64,000 nucleotides of DNA from a virus, in IMG/VR virus record IMGVR_UViG_3300045988_175002; one strand, 5' to 3'. A program made the position numbers and the translations under genes. Shown here piece by piece: positions 9,332 to 17,929 of this stretch (positions are counted from its first letter, which is position 1; each line of letters begins with the position of its first letter). The notes below the pieces were generated by a model that saw only the letters and a program-made list of their open reading frames with translations, did not search any database and had not been told where the DNA came from.

Positions 9332-9745
9332 TCAGCAGACGCTCGCGGAACCATCATCGCAAAGAGAGCATAACAGGCAACCGATGCCGTTAATATCCCT
9401 TGTCAGATGCACACCCTTGGTGGAGCCGCACTCCTCACAACGAATGACACTGTGCTTACGAGCGGTAGTGGAAGTGCGGGAGGGGGCAGACCCACGACGG
9501 TAGGTTTCCTTCCTTGGCGTGCCTATGACGTATTCCACACCGTCCAACACGAACGGCTTGCTGACCTTGACGATGCTCACATGGGACACTTCGCCGTTGG
9601 CTTTGAATACTGGGAACTCGTCGGTTTCACCAGCCTCACTCCAGTTATCCCACCACTCTTTCGGGATTCGGACTTTCCAACCGTCCTTTAGCTTCGTCCA
9701 AGTCGGACGGGGTTCGGTCTTGGCGTCTTCGATAGTGTCACTCAT
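9332..9745 (-). CDS. hypothetical protein with C-terminal Cys4 zinc-ribbon (137 aa)
   Basis: ATG at 9743-9745. The motif is RCEECGS...CLLCSLCDDG. Confidence 0.45.
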   Translation of the reverse strand: MSDTIEDAKTEPRPTWTKLKDGWKVRIPKEWWDNWSEAGETDEFPVFKANGEVSHVSIVKVSKPFVLDGVEYVIGTPRKETYRRGSAPSRTSTTARKHSVIRCEECGSTKGVHLTRDINGIGCLLCSLCDDGSASVC

Positions 9746-9756
9746 TTTTTGTCCTT

Positions 9757-10134
9757 TCAGCGAGTGTATCCGATTTTCCTCAGCACATGGTCTTCGGGGC
9801 TGGAGAGACGCTTGATGACCTCTTCCGGCGTGAGACTGATTTGCTTCGTGTGGAGCAGGGGTTGGAACGAGCAGGTGCGGAGGAACTTCGTGACCACGCC
9901 GTCTCTGCTCATGCGGGAAGGAATCTTCTGGTTTCGATACTGGCGGTAGGTGAAGCGGAGCCAACGAATCGCCTGTTTCGAGTCGATGGTCTTCACATGG
10001 GGATTATCGGCGTAGGCTTTCACCCAGTTATTGCGTTCGGTGACGCTATGGAAAATCTGGATTAGGGGAATGTTGTTGTCAGGGTCGAGCTTCTGGTTGG
10101 GATGGTTGACGATGGCGGCGTAGTAGGTGTTCAT
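9757..10134 (-). CDS. hypothetical protein (125 aa)
   Basis: ATG at 10132-10134. Lies 28 nt downstream of motif M6. Confidence 0.45.
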   Translation of the reverse strand: MNTYYAAIVNHPNQKLDPDNNIPLIQIFHSVTERNNWVKAYADNPHVKTIDSKQAIRWLRFTYRQYRNQKIPSRMSRDGVVTKFLRTCSFQPLLHTKQISLTPEEVIKRLSSPEDHVLRKIGYTR

Positions 10135-10161
10135 GGGTCGCTCCTTTTGTAGACCAAGTTT

Positions 10162-10183
10162 TTGTGTGAACAATCCCAGTATA
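10162..10183 (-). promoter_or_regulatory. conserved promoter/operator-like motif copy M6
   Basis: ttgtgtgaacaatcccagtata (one mismatch). Confidence 0.5.
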
Positions 10184-10226
10184 TATTCAAGAATAGCAAT
10201 CACGCAAGTCGGCACGTCAAAACAAA

Positions 10227-10589
10227 CTACCCAATCACACAAAAAACCAGCAAGCCTATCAATACAATAATCGACAGATAGGCCAGAACCATAAGAGACA
10301 ATCCAACCCGCAGACCCCATCCCCAAGCCGATACGCGAGAATCATTCTCCCTACCGACCTCTTCCATTTTGCGGCTCCAAGCCTGAGCCTTATCAGTCAA
10401 CTCGTTCTGCGTGAGCAAATTGCCGTCACGGTCGAACGGGCTAGGCTGATACGGCAACGGTAGAAGAATCCCCTCCATATCCGATGGTGGCAATACCGGA
10501 TACGGTGGAATATTATGCCGCCAGATTTGCTCGGAACGGCGCAACCCCATACGGAACGCCGGATTACGCACCGTGTCCAATAAACCCAT
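10227..10589 (-). CDS. hypothetical membrane protein (120 aa, C-terminal TM helix)
   Basis: ATG start. The C-terminal LSLMVLAYLSIIVLIGLLVFCVIG is a hydrophobic helix. Confidence 0.4.
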   Translation of the reverse strand: MGLLDTVRNPAFRMGLRRSEQIWRHNIPPYPVLPPSDMEGILLPLPYQPSPFDRDGNLLTQNELTDKAQAWSRKMEEVGRENDSRVSAWGWGLRVGLSLMVLAYLSIIVLIGLLVFCVIG

Positions 10590-10598
10590 TTTCTACTC

Positions 10599-11009
10599 CT
10601 ATCGAAAAGTTAACGGCTCTTCGCCTATCCTCACAAGCAACTCGTTCAGTTCAGGTATGAGAATATCCGTTCCAAGCTCTTCAATATCATGCTTGGTGAG
10701 GTAGAACACTTGCCCGTCCTTGTAATGCAACATGCCGTCAGTGTCGAACGATAGGCTTTCGAACATGGTTTCGACCATATCCCAGAACAGGTTTCCGAAC
10801 TGTTCTTTGGTTCGTTCGTCTTTCAGAACCGTATATACGGCGTGGGAGTATTGTTCGCCACGTTTCAAGTCCTTGTTCAGGCAACGTTCACAACGATGGT
10901 ATCCGTCCAAGTCTTTCACACAGTCGGAACATAACGGTCGGGAGCATTCGGGGCAGAGGATAGTCCACTTGTTTGTTTTGCAGATTGCGCAGATTCCGTT
11001 GTTCAGCAC
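10599..11009 (-). CDS. hypothetical zinc-ribbon protein (136 aa)
   Basis: GTG start with an AAGGAG ribosome-binding site 8 nt upstream. The N-terminus has CAICK...CPECS...CSDC...CERC, suggesting a double zinc ribbon. Confidence 0.45.
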   Translation of the reverse strand: MLNNGICAICKTNKWTILCPECSRPLCSDCVKDLDGYHRCERCLNKDLKRGEQYSHAVYTVLKDERTKEQFGNLFWDMVETMFESLSFDTDGMLHYKDGQVFYLTKHDIEELGTDILIPELNELLVRIGEEPLTFR

Positions 11010-11059
11010 GTCGAATGCTCCTTACCGTAGTAGGTGTGATTGCTTCCAGATTAACTCAA

Positions 11060-11782
11060 TCAGTCCAACGGTTTGCCACGTCCGACAATCTTCTTACCGT
11101 CCGCGTTCCGCAACCATGCCAAGCCGTGACTATAGGAAACAACACCAGCTTTGACGGTCGGATTCTGCTGGAACGTGTAATAAACTTCCACCAGTCCGCC
11201 GCCACCGTTCGCTTGCAGAATACGAATCCTGTAATCCTTTTCCACGGCTTTGATGGCCATATCCCGTTCGAGTTCATCAAACCAACCGTAAAGTGGGAGC
11301 ATGGCGAAAGCGGCTAATACTCCTACGGTGATGAACCGCCAATATGTTTTGGCCTCTACCAGTAGGGCGATTACCGCCACGAGAACGCCGATGATGGCGA
11401 TTCCGGCCACGAGTTGACGCCAATTGCCGTTGCAATCGTATTCGACGGGAGCATAGGGATTGGTGAGGGTCGTCGCGGATTTGACGGGTTTTGACTGTTT
11501 GCGTGGGATGGTCGGCTTGTAGGTCTTCGGTTCTTTCGTGGACACGGTTTCGGTCTTTGCTTTAGGTTCCGTCTTGACTGTAGGGTCGTTCTTCGGTTCG
11601 ATGGGCTTGGGCATGTTCTTCTTTTCAGCTTCCATGGGCGGTGCCGGTGGTTTCAACATTTTCCGTTCCGTCTCTTTGACTACTCTTTGAAGTTCGATGG
11701 TGGTGGACGAGTCGGGTTCGTCCATCGGTTCCTGACCTAACGTCATGAGGTCGTTTTCCAGTGAGATATCCCGCTCTTTCAT
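11060..11782 (-). CDS. hypothetical membrane protein with Pro/Lys-rich N-terminal region (240 aa)
   Basis: ATG start. A PAPPMEAEKKNMPKPIEPK low-complexity stretch is followed by two TM helices (IAIIGVLVAVIALLV and ITVGVLAAFAMLPLYGW). Confidence 0.5.
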   Translation of the reverse strand: MKERDISLENDLMTLGQEPMDEPDSSTTIELQRVVKETERKMLKPPAPPMEAEKKNMPKPIEPKNDPTVKTEPKAKTETVSTKEPKTYKPTIPRKQSKPVKSATTLTNPYAPVEYDCNGNWRQLVAGIAIIGVLVAVIALLVEAKTYWRFITVGVLAAFAMLPLYGWFDELERDMAIKAVEKDYRIRILQANGGGGLVEVYYTFQQNPTVKAGVVSYSHGLAWLRNADGKKIVGRGKPLD

Positions 11783-11814
11783 GCAAGGCTTCCTTTCTTT
11801 TTTGTCGGATATGA

Positions 11815-11852
11815 GAGAGGGGAGAAGCGGTCTGGATGACGCTTCTCCCCGA
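11815..11852. terminator. GC-rich hairpin / probable terminator
   Basis: ggggagaagcg...cgcttctcccc is a perfect 11-bp stem. It lies downstream of the 11868..12176 gene. Confidence 0.4.
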
Positions 11853-11867
11853 GGCTTTTAGCGTGGG

Positions 11868-12176
11868 TCAGAGGATTCGGGTTCCCTTGCGGGTGACGAG
11901 CATGATTCTGTTTTCGTGACGGTTCTCGAAAACGTCCCAATTGCCGCTCAGGACAGCCAAGCACACGTTGCCTTTGATGAGGTTCCAACGTTCGTCGCAG
12001 TTGGATACGACGTGCTTCCAGTTGATTGGATTGGGCTTGTGGTGGGAGGTTTCCACGATGGCTTCGTTCATGGGCCTGTCTGCGTAGGTGTGGTCGTAGG
12101 TGTTGTCGCTTGCGACGATGCTGATGGTGCCGTTGTCGTGGAAGATTGGCTGGTAGTAGGTTTTGGTGTCGTTCAT
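11868..12176 (-). CDS. hypothetical protein (102 aa)
   Basis: ATG at 12174-12176 with a GGAGAACAAATG ribosome-binding site. Lies 29 nt downstream of motif M7. Confidence 0.45.
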   Translation of the reverse strand: MNDTKTYYQPIFHDNGTISIVASDNTYDHTYADRPMNEAIVETSHHKPNPINWKHVVSNCDERWNLIKGNVCLAVLSGNWDVFENRHENRIMLVTRKGTRIL

Positions 12177-12204
12177 TTGTTCTCCTTGGTTGGCTCCGCC
12201 TGTT

Positions 12205-12226
12205 TTATGTGGACATTTCCAGTATA
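12205..12226 (-). promoter_or_regulatory. conserved promoter/operator-like motif copy M7 (degenerate)
   Basis: ttatgtggacatttccagtata. The minus strand has TGCTATACT. Confidence 0.4.
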
Positions 12227-12304
12227 GCACGTTTGGATAAATATACAAAACAAGACACGTCCACACAAAAAGCCCCGCCAAAACGACGGGGCCACAAACC
12301 AAAA

Positions 12305-12505
12305 CTATCGATTCATGCTCAATCGAACCTTGACCGCGACGACCAGCAACGCGACTATGAGGGCGCAGACCGACATGACGCCGAACGTGCGGCCAAACGT
12401 GAACAGCCAAGTGCCGAACGAGTAGATGCCGAACACGACTGCGGTTGCCATCCCACCGAAAGCGATGGTGACAAGCGTCATGAGCAGAACATCCTTGATA
12501 TGCAT
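12305..12505 (-). CDS. hypothetical small membrane protein (66 aa, two TM helices)
   Basis: ATG with a GGAGAAAAAATG ribosome-binding site. The sequence is hydrophobic throughout. Confidence 0.45.
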   Translation of the reverse strand: MHIKDVLLMTLVTIAFGGMATAVVFGIYSFGTWLFTFGRTFGVMSVCALIVALLVVAVKVRLSMNR

Positions 12506-12543
12506 TTTTTCTCCTTTTGGTGATGGGTTTTACAAACCCTTGT

Positions 12544-12565
12544 TTGTGTGAATAATTCCAGTATA
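12544..12565 (-). promoter_or_regulatory. conserved promoter/operator-like motif copy M8
   Basis: ttgtgtgaataattccagtata. Confidence 0.5.
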
Positions 12566-12639
12566 CATCATAGTGGGGCATGACACGCCAAACAAAAAGC
12601 GCCCCACCCACCCAAGGGAGAGGCGCTAAAACCCGACGG

Positions 12640-13017
12640 TCAGAACTCATAATCGCAATCGGAATCGAGATACCATTTGTCCTCGTAACCCCAAAGAACA
12701 CGACGGATGGTCGCAGGGTCGTTCAACTCCACGAACTTGGACGCCAGTTCATCCACCGACATGGCGGAAAAAGCCTTGCCAACGGAAGCATAGAATTCAT
12801 CCCATTCCGCCTGTTCGGCGTCGGGATCGACCAGCTCACGGAACCGTCCGGCAAGCTTCTCGTCCGGTAGGGAGGCTTCCGCAAAATTCGTGTCCTCTAT
12901 GTCCAGCCAAGTGTTGAAACACTTGTCGGCCAACGCTTCAACCGGAATGGTGAGGATGCTGGAATACGTGCCCTTCCAAGCGTTTTTCTTGAAGAAGCTA
13001 ACGTCTCGTGCCTTCAT
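12640..13017 (-). CDS. hypothetical acidic protein (125 aa)
   Basis: Internal ATG at 13015-13017 with an AGGAAG ribosome-binding site. The track ORF begins at an alternative GTG at 13026. Confidence 0.45.
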   Translation of the reverse strand: MKARDVSFFKKNAWKGTYSSILTIPVEALADKCFNTWLDIEDTNFAEASLPDEKLAGRFRELVDPDAEQAEWDEFYASVGKAFSAMSVDELASKFVELNDPATIRRVLWGYEDKWYLDSDCDYEF

Positions 13018-13029
13018 TTTTCTCACTTC

Positions 13030-13524
13030 CTATTCTTCGTCACTGTCCGCCTGACGGAGCGGAACGATACGGTTCCACTGTTCCTCATACTTGTCCTCCA
13101 CATCCTTGGGACCATTGTCCAGCAGTTCGTTCAACGTGGCTCGTCCTACGTCGCTGAGACGGCTGATATTGCGGAGGATGTTCGCCACGTCGTCGGCTTC
13201 GTATAATTTGTTGCGATTGTCCAAAAGTTCCTGATATCGCGAGTCGGAGAGGTTCCAAAGATAGTCTTCCAGCAGTTTCCAGTCCTCCTTTTCGGCAGAG
13301 GGTACTGGAATCGGCTTGGTGAGCCGCCAATCTTCGAGAATGTCCGCCCAAAGGTCGGTCTTGACATTGTATTCGCCAAGGTCTTCCTCGTGGGTGAGTT
13401 TTTCGATTCGCTGTTCTTCGCCATCCTCGTCCAAGTAGTCTATTGTGAGATATTCACTATCCACTGACAGTGTGGAGAGTTCGCGTAGTTTGGTGATTTT
13501 GAGGTTGGTGATTGTGTTAATCAT
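13030..13524 (-). CDS. hypothetical acidic protein (164 aa)
   Basis: ATG at 13522-13524. Lies 30 nt downstream of motif M9. Confidence 0.5.
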   Translation of the reverse strand: MINTITNLKITKLRELSTLSVDSEYLTIDYLDEDGEEQRIEKLTHEEDLGEYNVKTDLWADILEDWRLTKPIPVPSAEKEDWKLLEDYLWNLSDSRYQELLDNRNKLYEADDVANILRNISRLSDVGRATLNELLDNGPKDVEDKYEEQWNRIVPLRQADSDEE

Positions 13525-13553
13525 TTTTGTTCCTCCTTGTTGGAACCTATCTT

Positions 13554-13575
13554 TTGTGTGAACAATCCCAGTATA
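13554..13575 (-). promoter_or_regulatory. conserved promoter/operator-like motif copy M9
   Basis: ttgtgtgaacaatcccagtata. Confidence 0.5.
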
Positions 13576-13637
13576 CCATGTTTGTTAGGAAAAACAAAAA
13601 CAGCCCACCTCCCAAAACAAGGAAGCGGGCTGAAAAG

Positions 13638-13880
13638 TCAGGCATTCAGCAAAGCATGGGACGAAACACCCATCTCAGACAAGCCCAAACCCACATTGTT
13701 CGCGTCACTCACACCACGAACGAACCCAGCCTTGCTACCACGGGCGGTGGCGACGCGAGCTGCTTCCAGTTCGAGATTGTCGAAATAGTCGTTGACACGC
13801 TGGCTCTTGCTGGCCACAAGCTCACGACCGGAGGGAATGTCCAAGCTCTTCTTGCGAAGCTCCTCGAAACGTTCGCTCAA
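13638..13880 (-). CDS. hypothetical protein or gene fragment (80 aa, TTG start)
   Basis: ORF with an alternative TTG start immediately inside the IS605 copy-2 left end. An in-frame TAA lies just upstream. It may be the distal gene of the M10 unit, separated from it by the IS. Confidence 0.3.
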   Translation of the reverse strand: MSERFEELRKKSLDIPSGRELVASKSQRVNDYFDNLELEAARVATARGSKAGFVRGVSDANNVGLGLSEMGVSSHALLNA

Positions 13881-13931
13881 ACGTTCGTTGAACGGATTTT
13901 AGGCCGCATTCCCCTTCCGTAAGGGAGGGGT

Positions 13932-14387
13932 CTAGGCCGTCACCCGTTTGTTTTTTCTTCGGTATTTGCGATTCGGTTTCTGCTGGTCGCGTATGTATTT
14001 CCTTACGATTTCCAGAGGTGCGCCGCCGCAGCTGACCACGCAGTAGCTTGGCGACCAGAAGTGGTCCCCCCATAACGCTTGTCTGACCTCGGGCCAGTCC
14101 TGTTCCCGGACGCGTTTGCTGCCGTTGGTCTTAAGGCTCATCACGAGCGTGCTGAGTTGCGTTTTCGGTGGATAGGCGACGAGCAGGTGGGCGTGGTCAT
14201 TGTCGGTCTCGAACTCCTCCAATTCGCATTCGAAACGTTCGCAGACCTCTCGGAACGTGTCCTCCAAGAGTTTTGTGACCCGTGGGGTCATCACTTTGCG
14301 CCGGTATTTCGTAACGAACACGATATGCGCATGCAATTCGTAGACCACATGTCTGCCGGTACGCCAATCATGAGTGTTTTCAGCCAT
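13932..14387 (-). CDS. tnpA: IS200-family Y1 (HuH) transposase TnpA
   Basis: MAENTHDWRTGRHVVYELHAHIVFVTKYRRK... carries the HuH motif (HAHLLVAYPP). Start is ATG at 14385-14387. The track ORF has a spurious N-terminal extension. Confidence 0.8.
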   Translation of the reverse strand: MAENTHDWRTGRHVVYELHAHIVFVTKYRRKVMTPRVTKLLEDTFREVCERFECELEEFETDNDHAHLLVAYPPKTQLSTLVMSLKTNGSKRVREQDWPEVRQALWGDHFWSPSYCVVSCGGAPLEIVRKYIRDQQKPNRKYRRKNKRVTA

Positions 14388-14423
14388 AACCATAATTATA
14401 GACCATGTGATATAGTGGGGTAT

Positions 14424-15755
14424 ATGAGACGCAGCACCAGAACACAGGACGACGAGACATGGCGGGTCGCCGTCATACCCGTCCGCCTGTCCGGTGCCGA
14501 CCACCGCAGGGCGCATGAGGCGTGCCACAAGGCCGCATTGCTATGGAACTTCCTGTTAACCGAAACCCGCGCATATTGGGACGAACATGGGAGTGACCCA
14601 TCCGACAAGGAACTTCGGCATCGCCTGTACGAGAAACAACCCGACCTGCGCGACGGACTGCACGCGCACACCATTCAAGGCGTGTTGGACGGAATGAACG
14701 ACGCGGTAGCGACTTACAGGGAGAACCGTCGCCAAGGCAATATGGACGCGCACGCCCCGCACAGGGCGAAGAACTATCGTCCATTGGACTTCACCGCAGG
14801 ATACGGATGGCGTCCCGCCAACGATGGCAAACATATCGCACTGAGTTTCGGCAGAAACCATAAGCGAATACTTGTACGCATGCCGAACATCTCCGACCCG
14901 AAAACGAACGCTCCCGTACCGGTCGAACGGTGGGGAGCCATGCGCCTGTGCTGGGACCGCAACAAACGCCAATGGAGCCTTCACGTCAGCGTTCCCACAA
15001 GCCGACCGCCGCAAGGCGACCCGAGCAACGTCGCCGCCATCGACGAGGGCATCATCAATCCGATGGCCGTCGCCGTCGAAACCGACGACGCCTACGAAAT
15101 ACTGGTCATCAACGGACGCCACGCGAGAGCCGTCAAACATTACCGCAACACAAGAATCGCCAGCCTTCAGGAGAAACTGTCCCGCTGCGTCAAAGGGTCG
15201 AAACGGTGGCGCAAACTCGACGCGAAACGCAGGCGAATCGAATCGAAAACCTCCGACGCCCTGCGCAACGCCGACCATCAGACCACCCGCAAGGTCTCCG
15301 ACTTCCTTCAGGAGCACGATGCGGGGCGAATCGTAGCCGGGGATGTTCGCGGCATCGAACAAAACACCCGCAAAAACGAGACCCGCCGCGTCAGGAACCG
15401 GAAGAACCAACGCAGACGCCTGTCGCAATGGTCTCGTGGACGACAGGAGAGTCTGCTTGCCCATAAGACCGGCATGACAATCGAGCATATCGACGAATCT
15501 TGGTCGTCCAAGACCTGCCCCGCGTGCCAAACACGCAACCACCCCAATGGGCGTGGATACCACTGCCGCAACTGCGGTTTCACCTGCAACCGTGACGCGG
15601 TGGGCGCAATCAACATTCTGATTCGCGCGAAAAACGGCTCCTACCAGCCGATGGACACGAACAAAACGGTTCATGTCAAATATCTCCGGGCCACGCCAAT
15701 CTTCCAACCGGAAGAACGACGTGAGCATGGAGTAATCCCCGGAACCGGGGCGTGA
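14424..15755 (+). CDS. tnpB: TnpB/OrfB-family protein
   Basis: Start is ATG at 14424 (MRRSTRTQDDETWRVAVIPV...). C-terminal CPACQTRNHPNGRGYHCRNCGFTCNRDAVGAINI zinc ribbon. The track ORF is fused upstream to 14079. Confidence 0.8.
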   Translation: MRRSTRTQDDETWRVAVIPVRLSGADHRRAHEACHKAALLWNFLLTETRAYWDEHGSDPSDKELRHRLYEKQPDLRDGLHAHTIQGVLDGMNDAVATYRENRRQGNMDAHAPHRAKNYRPLDFTAGYGWRPANDGKHIALSFGRNHKRILVRMPNISDPKTNAPVPVERWGAMRLCWDRNKRQWSLHVSVPTSRPPQGDPSNVAAIDEGIINPMAVAVETDDAYEILVINGRHARAVKHYRNTRIASLQEKLSRCVKGSKRWRKLDAKRRRIESKTSDALRNADHQTTRKVSDFLQEHDAGRIVAGDVRGIEQNTRKNETRRVRNRKNQRRRLSQWSRGRQESLLAHKTGMTIEHIDESWSSKTCPACQTRNHPNGRGYHCRNCGFTCNRDAVGAINILIRAKNGSYQPMDTNKTVHVKYLRATPIFQPEERREHGVIPGTGA

Positions 15756-15767
15756 CCTCGTATGAGG

Positions 15768-16412
15768 TCATGTAGCCGTGCCGGAAGCAATCATCTCTGC
15801 GGAAAGCACGGAAGCCCCGACCGTAAGGTCGGGGAGGTTCACTCCACCGCGATAACCATAGTAGAACTTGGCGCGTGGATAATCACGACGCATGTACTGT
15901 TTGCATTCCGTCAGCGTCGGATAGGATTCATGTCTGTAATGCGTTTCGACGTATTCCTTGTTGTTCTCATAGTACGCTTTGGCGTGCTGGTCAATCATGT
16001 CCGCGTAGCTAGTGCGGGCGTGGACTGAGCAGTATAGGTCGATGCTTTGGAAGAGAAGGACTGCGGCGTTCACATCGTCCTCCTCGCCTACGAACATGAC
16101 GGCACGTTCCTCAATCCTTCCGCCACACCGGCTTTCGTGAATGTAGGCGCGGCATTCGTTAGCTTGGGCGATGATGGTCGCAAGGTAGCCTTGCTGATGG
16201 TAGATGGTGGTTTTGCTTACGTTCACGCCACGTTCGATGATTGGCTTGTTCGTGCGGGTGCGGTCGCGTTTCCAGTCTTCGATACGATATTCGTTAATGA
16301 GTTTCTGTGCCCGCTCGAACGCCATTTGCGCCTCATTGTCGCTGGATGCTTCGTTTTCGGCTATTGCCATGAGGTTGTTGATGCGTTCGATGATGCTGTC
16401 GATGTTGCTCAT
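15768..16412 (-). CDS. hypothetical protein (214 aa)
   Basis: ATG at 16410-16412. Lies 29 nt downstream of motif M10. The 3' end overlaps the IS605 copy-2 hairpin, so the C-terminus may be altered by the insertion. Confidence 0.5.
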   Translation of the reverse strand: MSNIDSIIERINNLMAIAENEASSDNEAQMAFERAQKLINEYRIEDWKRDRTRTNKPIIERGVNVSKTTIYHQQGYLATIIAQANECRAYIHESRCGGRIEERAVMFVGEEDDVNAAVLLFQSIDLYCSVHARTSYADMIDQHAKAYYENNKEYVETHYRHESYPTLTECKQYMRRDYPRAKFYYGYRGGVNLPDLTVGASVLSAEMIASGTAT

Positions 16413-16440
16413 TTTTTGCTCCTTGGTTTTTCGACTTTTC

Positions 16441-16462
16441 CTGTGTGAACAATTCCAGTATA
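16441..16462 (-). promoter_or_regulatory. conserved promoter/operator-like motif copy M10
   Basis: ctgtgtgaacaattccagtata. Confidence 0.55.
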
Positions 16463-16699
16463 CCTCAAGTATGAAAACAACACAAAAAAGAGGAACGGAA
16501 ACCGAAACGGGAACCGTCCCTCAATGCCTTTTAGAAAAGTGACCTTATCTCAAACAAGAATCTATTTTAAACCACTTCCGTTTAGGTCGTCAACCTCTAC
16601 TCTCGACAAAACTCGCCCATTATCGAACTTAACCTCTTGGTACATGCTTTTTTAAAGTATTATACTTATTATAATTATTATAAAATCAAGGAAACAGAC

Positions 16700-17857
16700 A
16701 TGACCAACCCATTCAAACCAACCGCCGGACGTATCCCACCGATACTCGTCGGACGAGAAGAAATCATCGAAGACTTCGACTATGCGCTGAAAGACGGTGT
16801 GGGAAGCCCCGGACGGCTGATGTTCCTCACAGGAGCCAGAGGAGTCGGCAAAACAGTCATGCTGGACACACTGGGAGAGCACGCCCAAAAACAAGGTTGG
16901 CAAATCTACAACGAAAGCGCCGACAAAGGCTTCACCCGAAGACTCGTGGACGCGCTCACCGGCAAGGACACCACCCGCATATCCGCATACGACATGCCCA
17001 AAGTAGGATTGAAAGGGGACGTCGGGAATCTTGAACTGAGCTTAGGGAGAATCGAACTCGAACATAATGAGGAACGTTCCCTGACACTCCGCCAAGCGGT
17101 CGGAAAACGATTGGACAAAATGAACGAGACCAAACAAGGAATCCTCATCACATTGGATGAGGTGCAGTCCGGTTCCATGGACGAAATCAGAGCACTGTCC
17201 ACCGCAGTGCAGCATCTCATCCGGGAAGGACGGAACATCGCGTTCGTTTTCGCCGGACTGCCGTCCGCAGTGAACGACGTGCTGTCCGACAATGCCATCA
17301 CTTTCCTGCAACGGGCGGAACGATACCATTTGGGGTCTGTCCCCACGGAAAAGGTATTGAAGGCGTTCGAGGAATCCTTCAGCGGCGAGAAGAAAGCCGG
17401 AATGGAAACGCTGATACGGTTGACCAACGCCACTCACGGTTATCCGTTCATGATTCAGCTGGTGGGCTATTGGGCTTGGCGGATGTCCGAAACCAACGGT
17501 CATGTGAATCAAGTGACCGAGGAGGACGCGGTCAAGGGTATCGAAAAAGCCCAAGCCAAACTAGGGGATATGGTTCACGCCCCAGCATTGCATGGCTTGC
17601 CATCCCATGCGGTGAACTATCTACTTGCCATGTCGGTGGATGATACGGTGTCGAATACAGGTGAAATCGCCCGTCGGTTGAACCGTTCGCCACAGTTCGC
17701 CAACGTGTATAGAACCAAGCTGATTGAGAACGATTTGATTGAGCCGGTCGGTTACGGTGAAGTCGCTTTCAAAATGCCGTATTTGCGGGATTACTTGCGT
17801 GAGCATGGGGCTTATTTGCAGATGCGGGAGAATATCAGCGAACGCTCGGAGAACTAG
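16700..17857 (+). CDS. AAA+/P-loop ATPase with C-terminal winged-helix-like region (386 aa)
   Basis: Walker A LTGARGVGKTVML and a probable Walker B at ILITLDEV. A C-terminal region resembling an HTH follows (TGEIARRLNRSPQFANVYRTKLIENDLIEP). Preceded by an unusually AT-rich stretch at 16640-16699. The track ORF start at 16637 is less likely than the ATG at 16700. Confidence 0.6.
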   Translation: MTNPFKPTAGRIPPILVGREEIIEDFDYALKDGVGSPGRLMFLTGARGVGKTVMLDTLGEHAQKQGWQIYNESADKGFTRRLVDALTGKDTTRISAYDMPKVGLKGDVGNLELSLGRIELEHNEERSLTLRQAVGKRLDKMNETKQGILITLDEVQSGSMDEIRALSTAVQHLIREGRNIAFVFAGLPSAVNDVLSDNAITFLQRAERYHLGSVPTEKVLKAFEESFSGEKKAGMETLIRLTNATHGYPFMIQLVGYWAWRMSETNGHVNQVTEEDAVKGIEKAQAKLGDMVHAPALHGLPSHAVNYLLAMSVDDTVSNTGEIARRLNRSPQFANVYRTKLIENDLIEPVGYGEVAFKMPYLRDYLREHGAYLQMRENISERSEN

Positions 17858-17929
17858 GTTTTGTTGTTCTGGGCGGTTTAGCATGGACAAGCTGGAAGAA
17901 TTCAATCCCGACACCATGTGACATTTACT

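Larger units (their letters stand above)
13895..15850. mobile_element. IS200/IS605-family insertion sequence (divergent tnpA/tnpB), copy 2
   Basis: TnpA and TnpB lie back to back. Subterminal hairpins with GTAA loops are at 13910-13929 (ccccttccGTAAgggagggg) and 15825-15844 (ccccgaccGTAAggtcgggg). Confidence 0.6.

Noticed and set aside
13890-13930. Hairpin at 13910-13929 as a transcription terminator
   Set aside because: It has a GTAA loop, and its partner hairpin at 15825-15844 has the same loop. These fit IS200/IS605 subterminal structures better than terminators, and no U-tract follows.
14556-15728. 390-aa minus-strand ORF opposite tnpB copy 2, and Arg/Pro-rich ORFs 14872..15466
   Set aside because: Low-complexity translations antisense to, or frame-shifted from, the TnpB gene.
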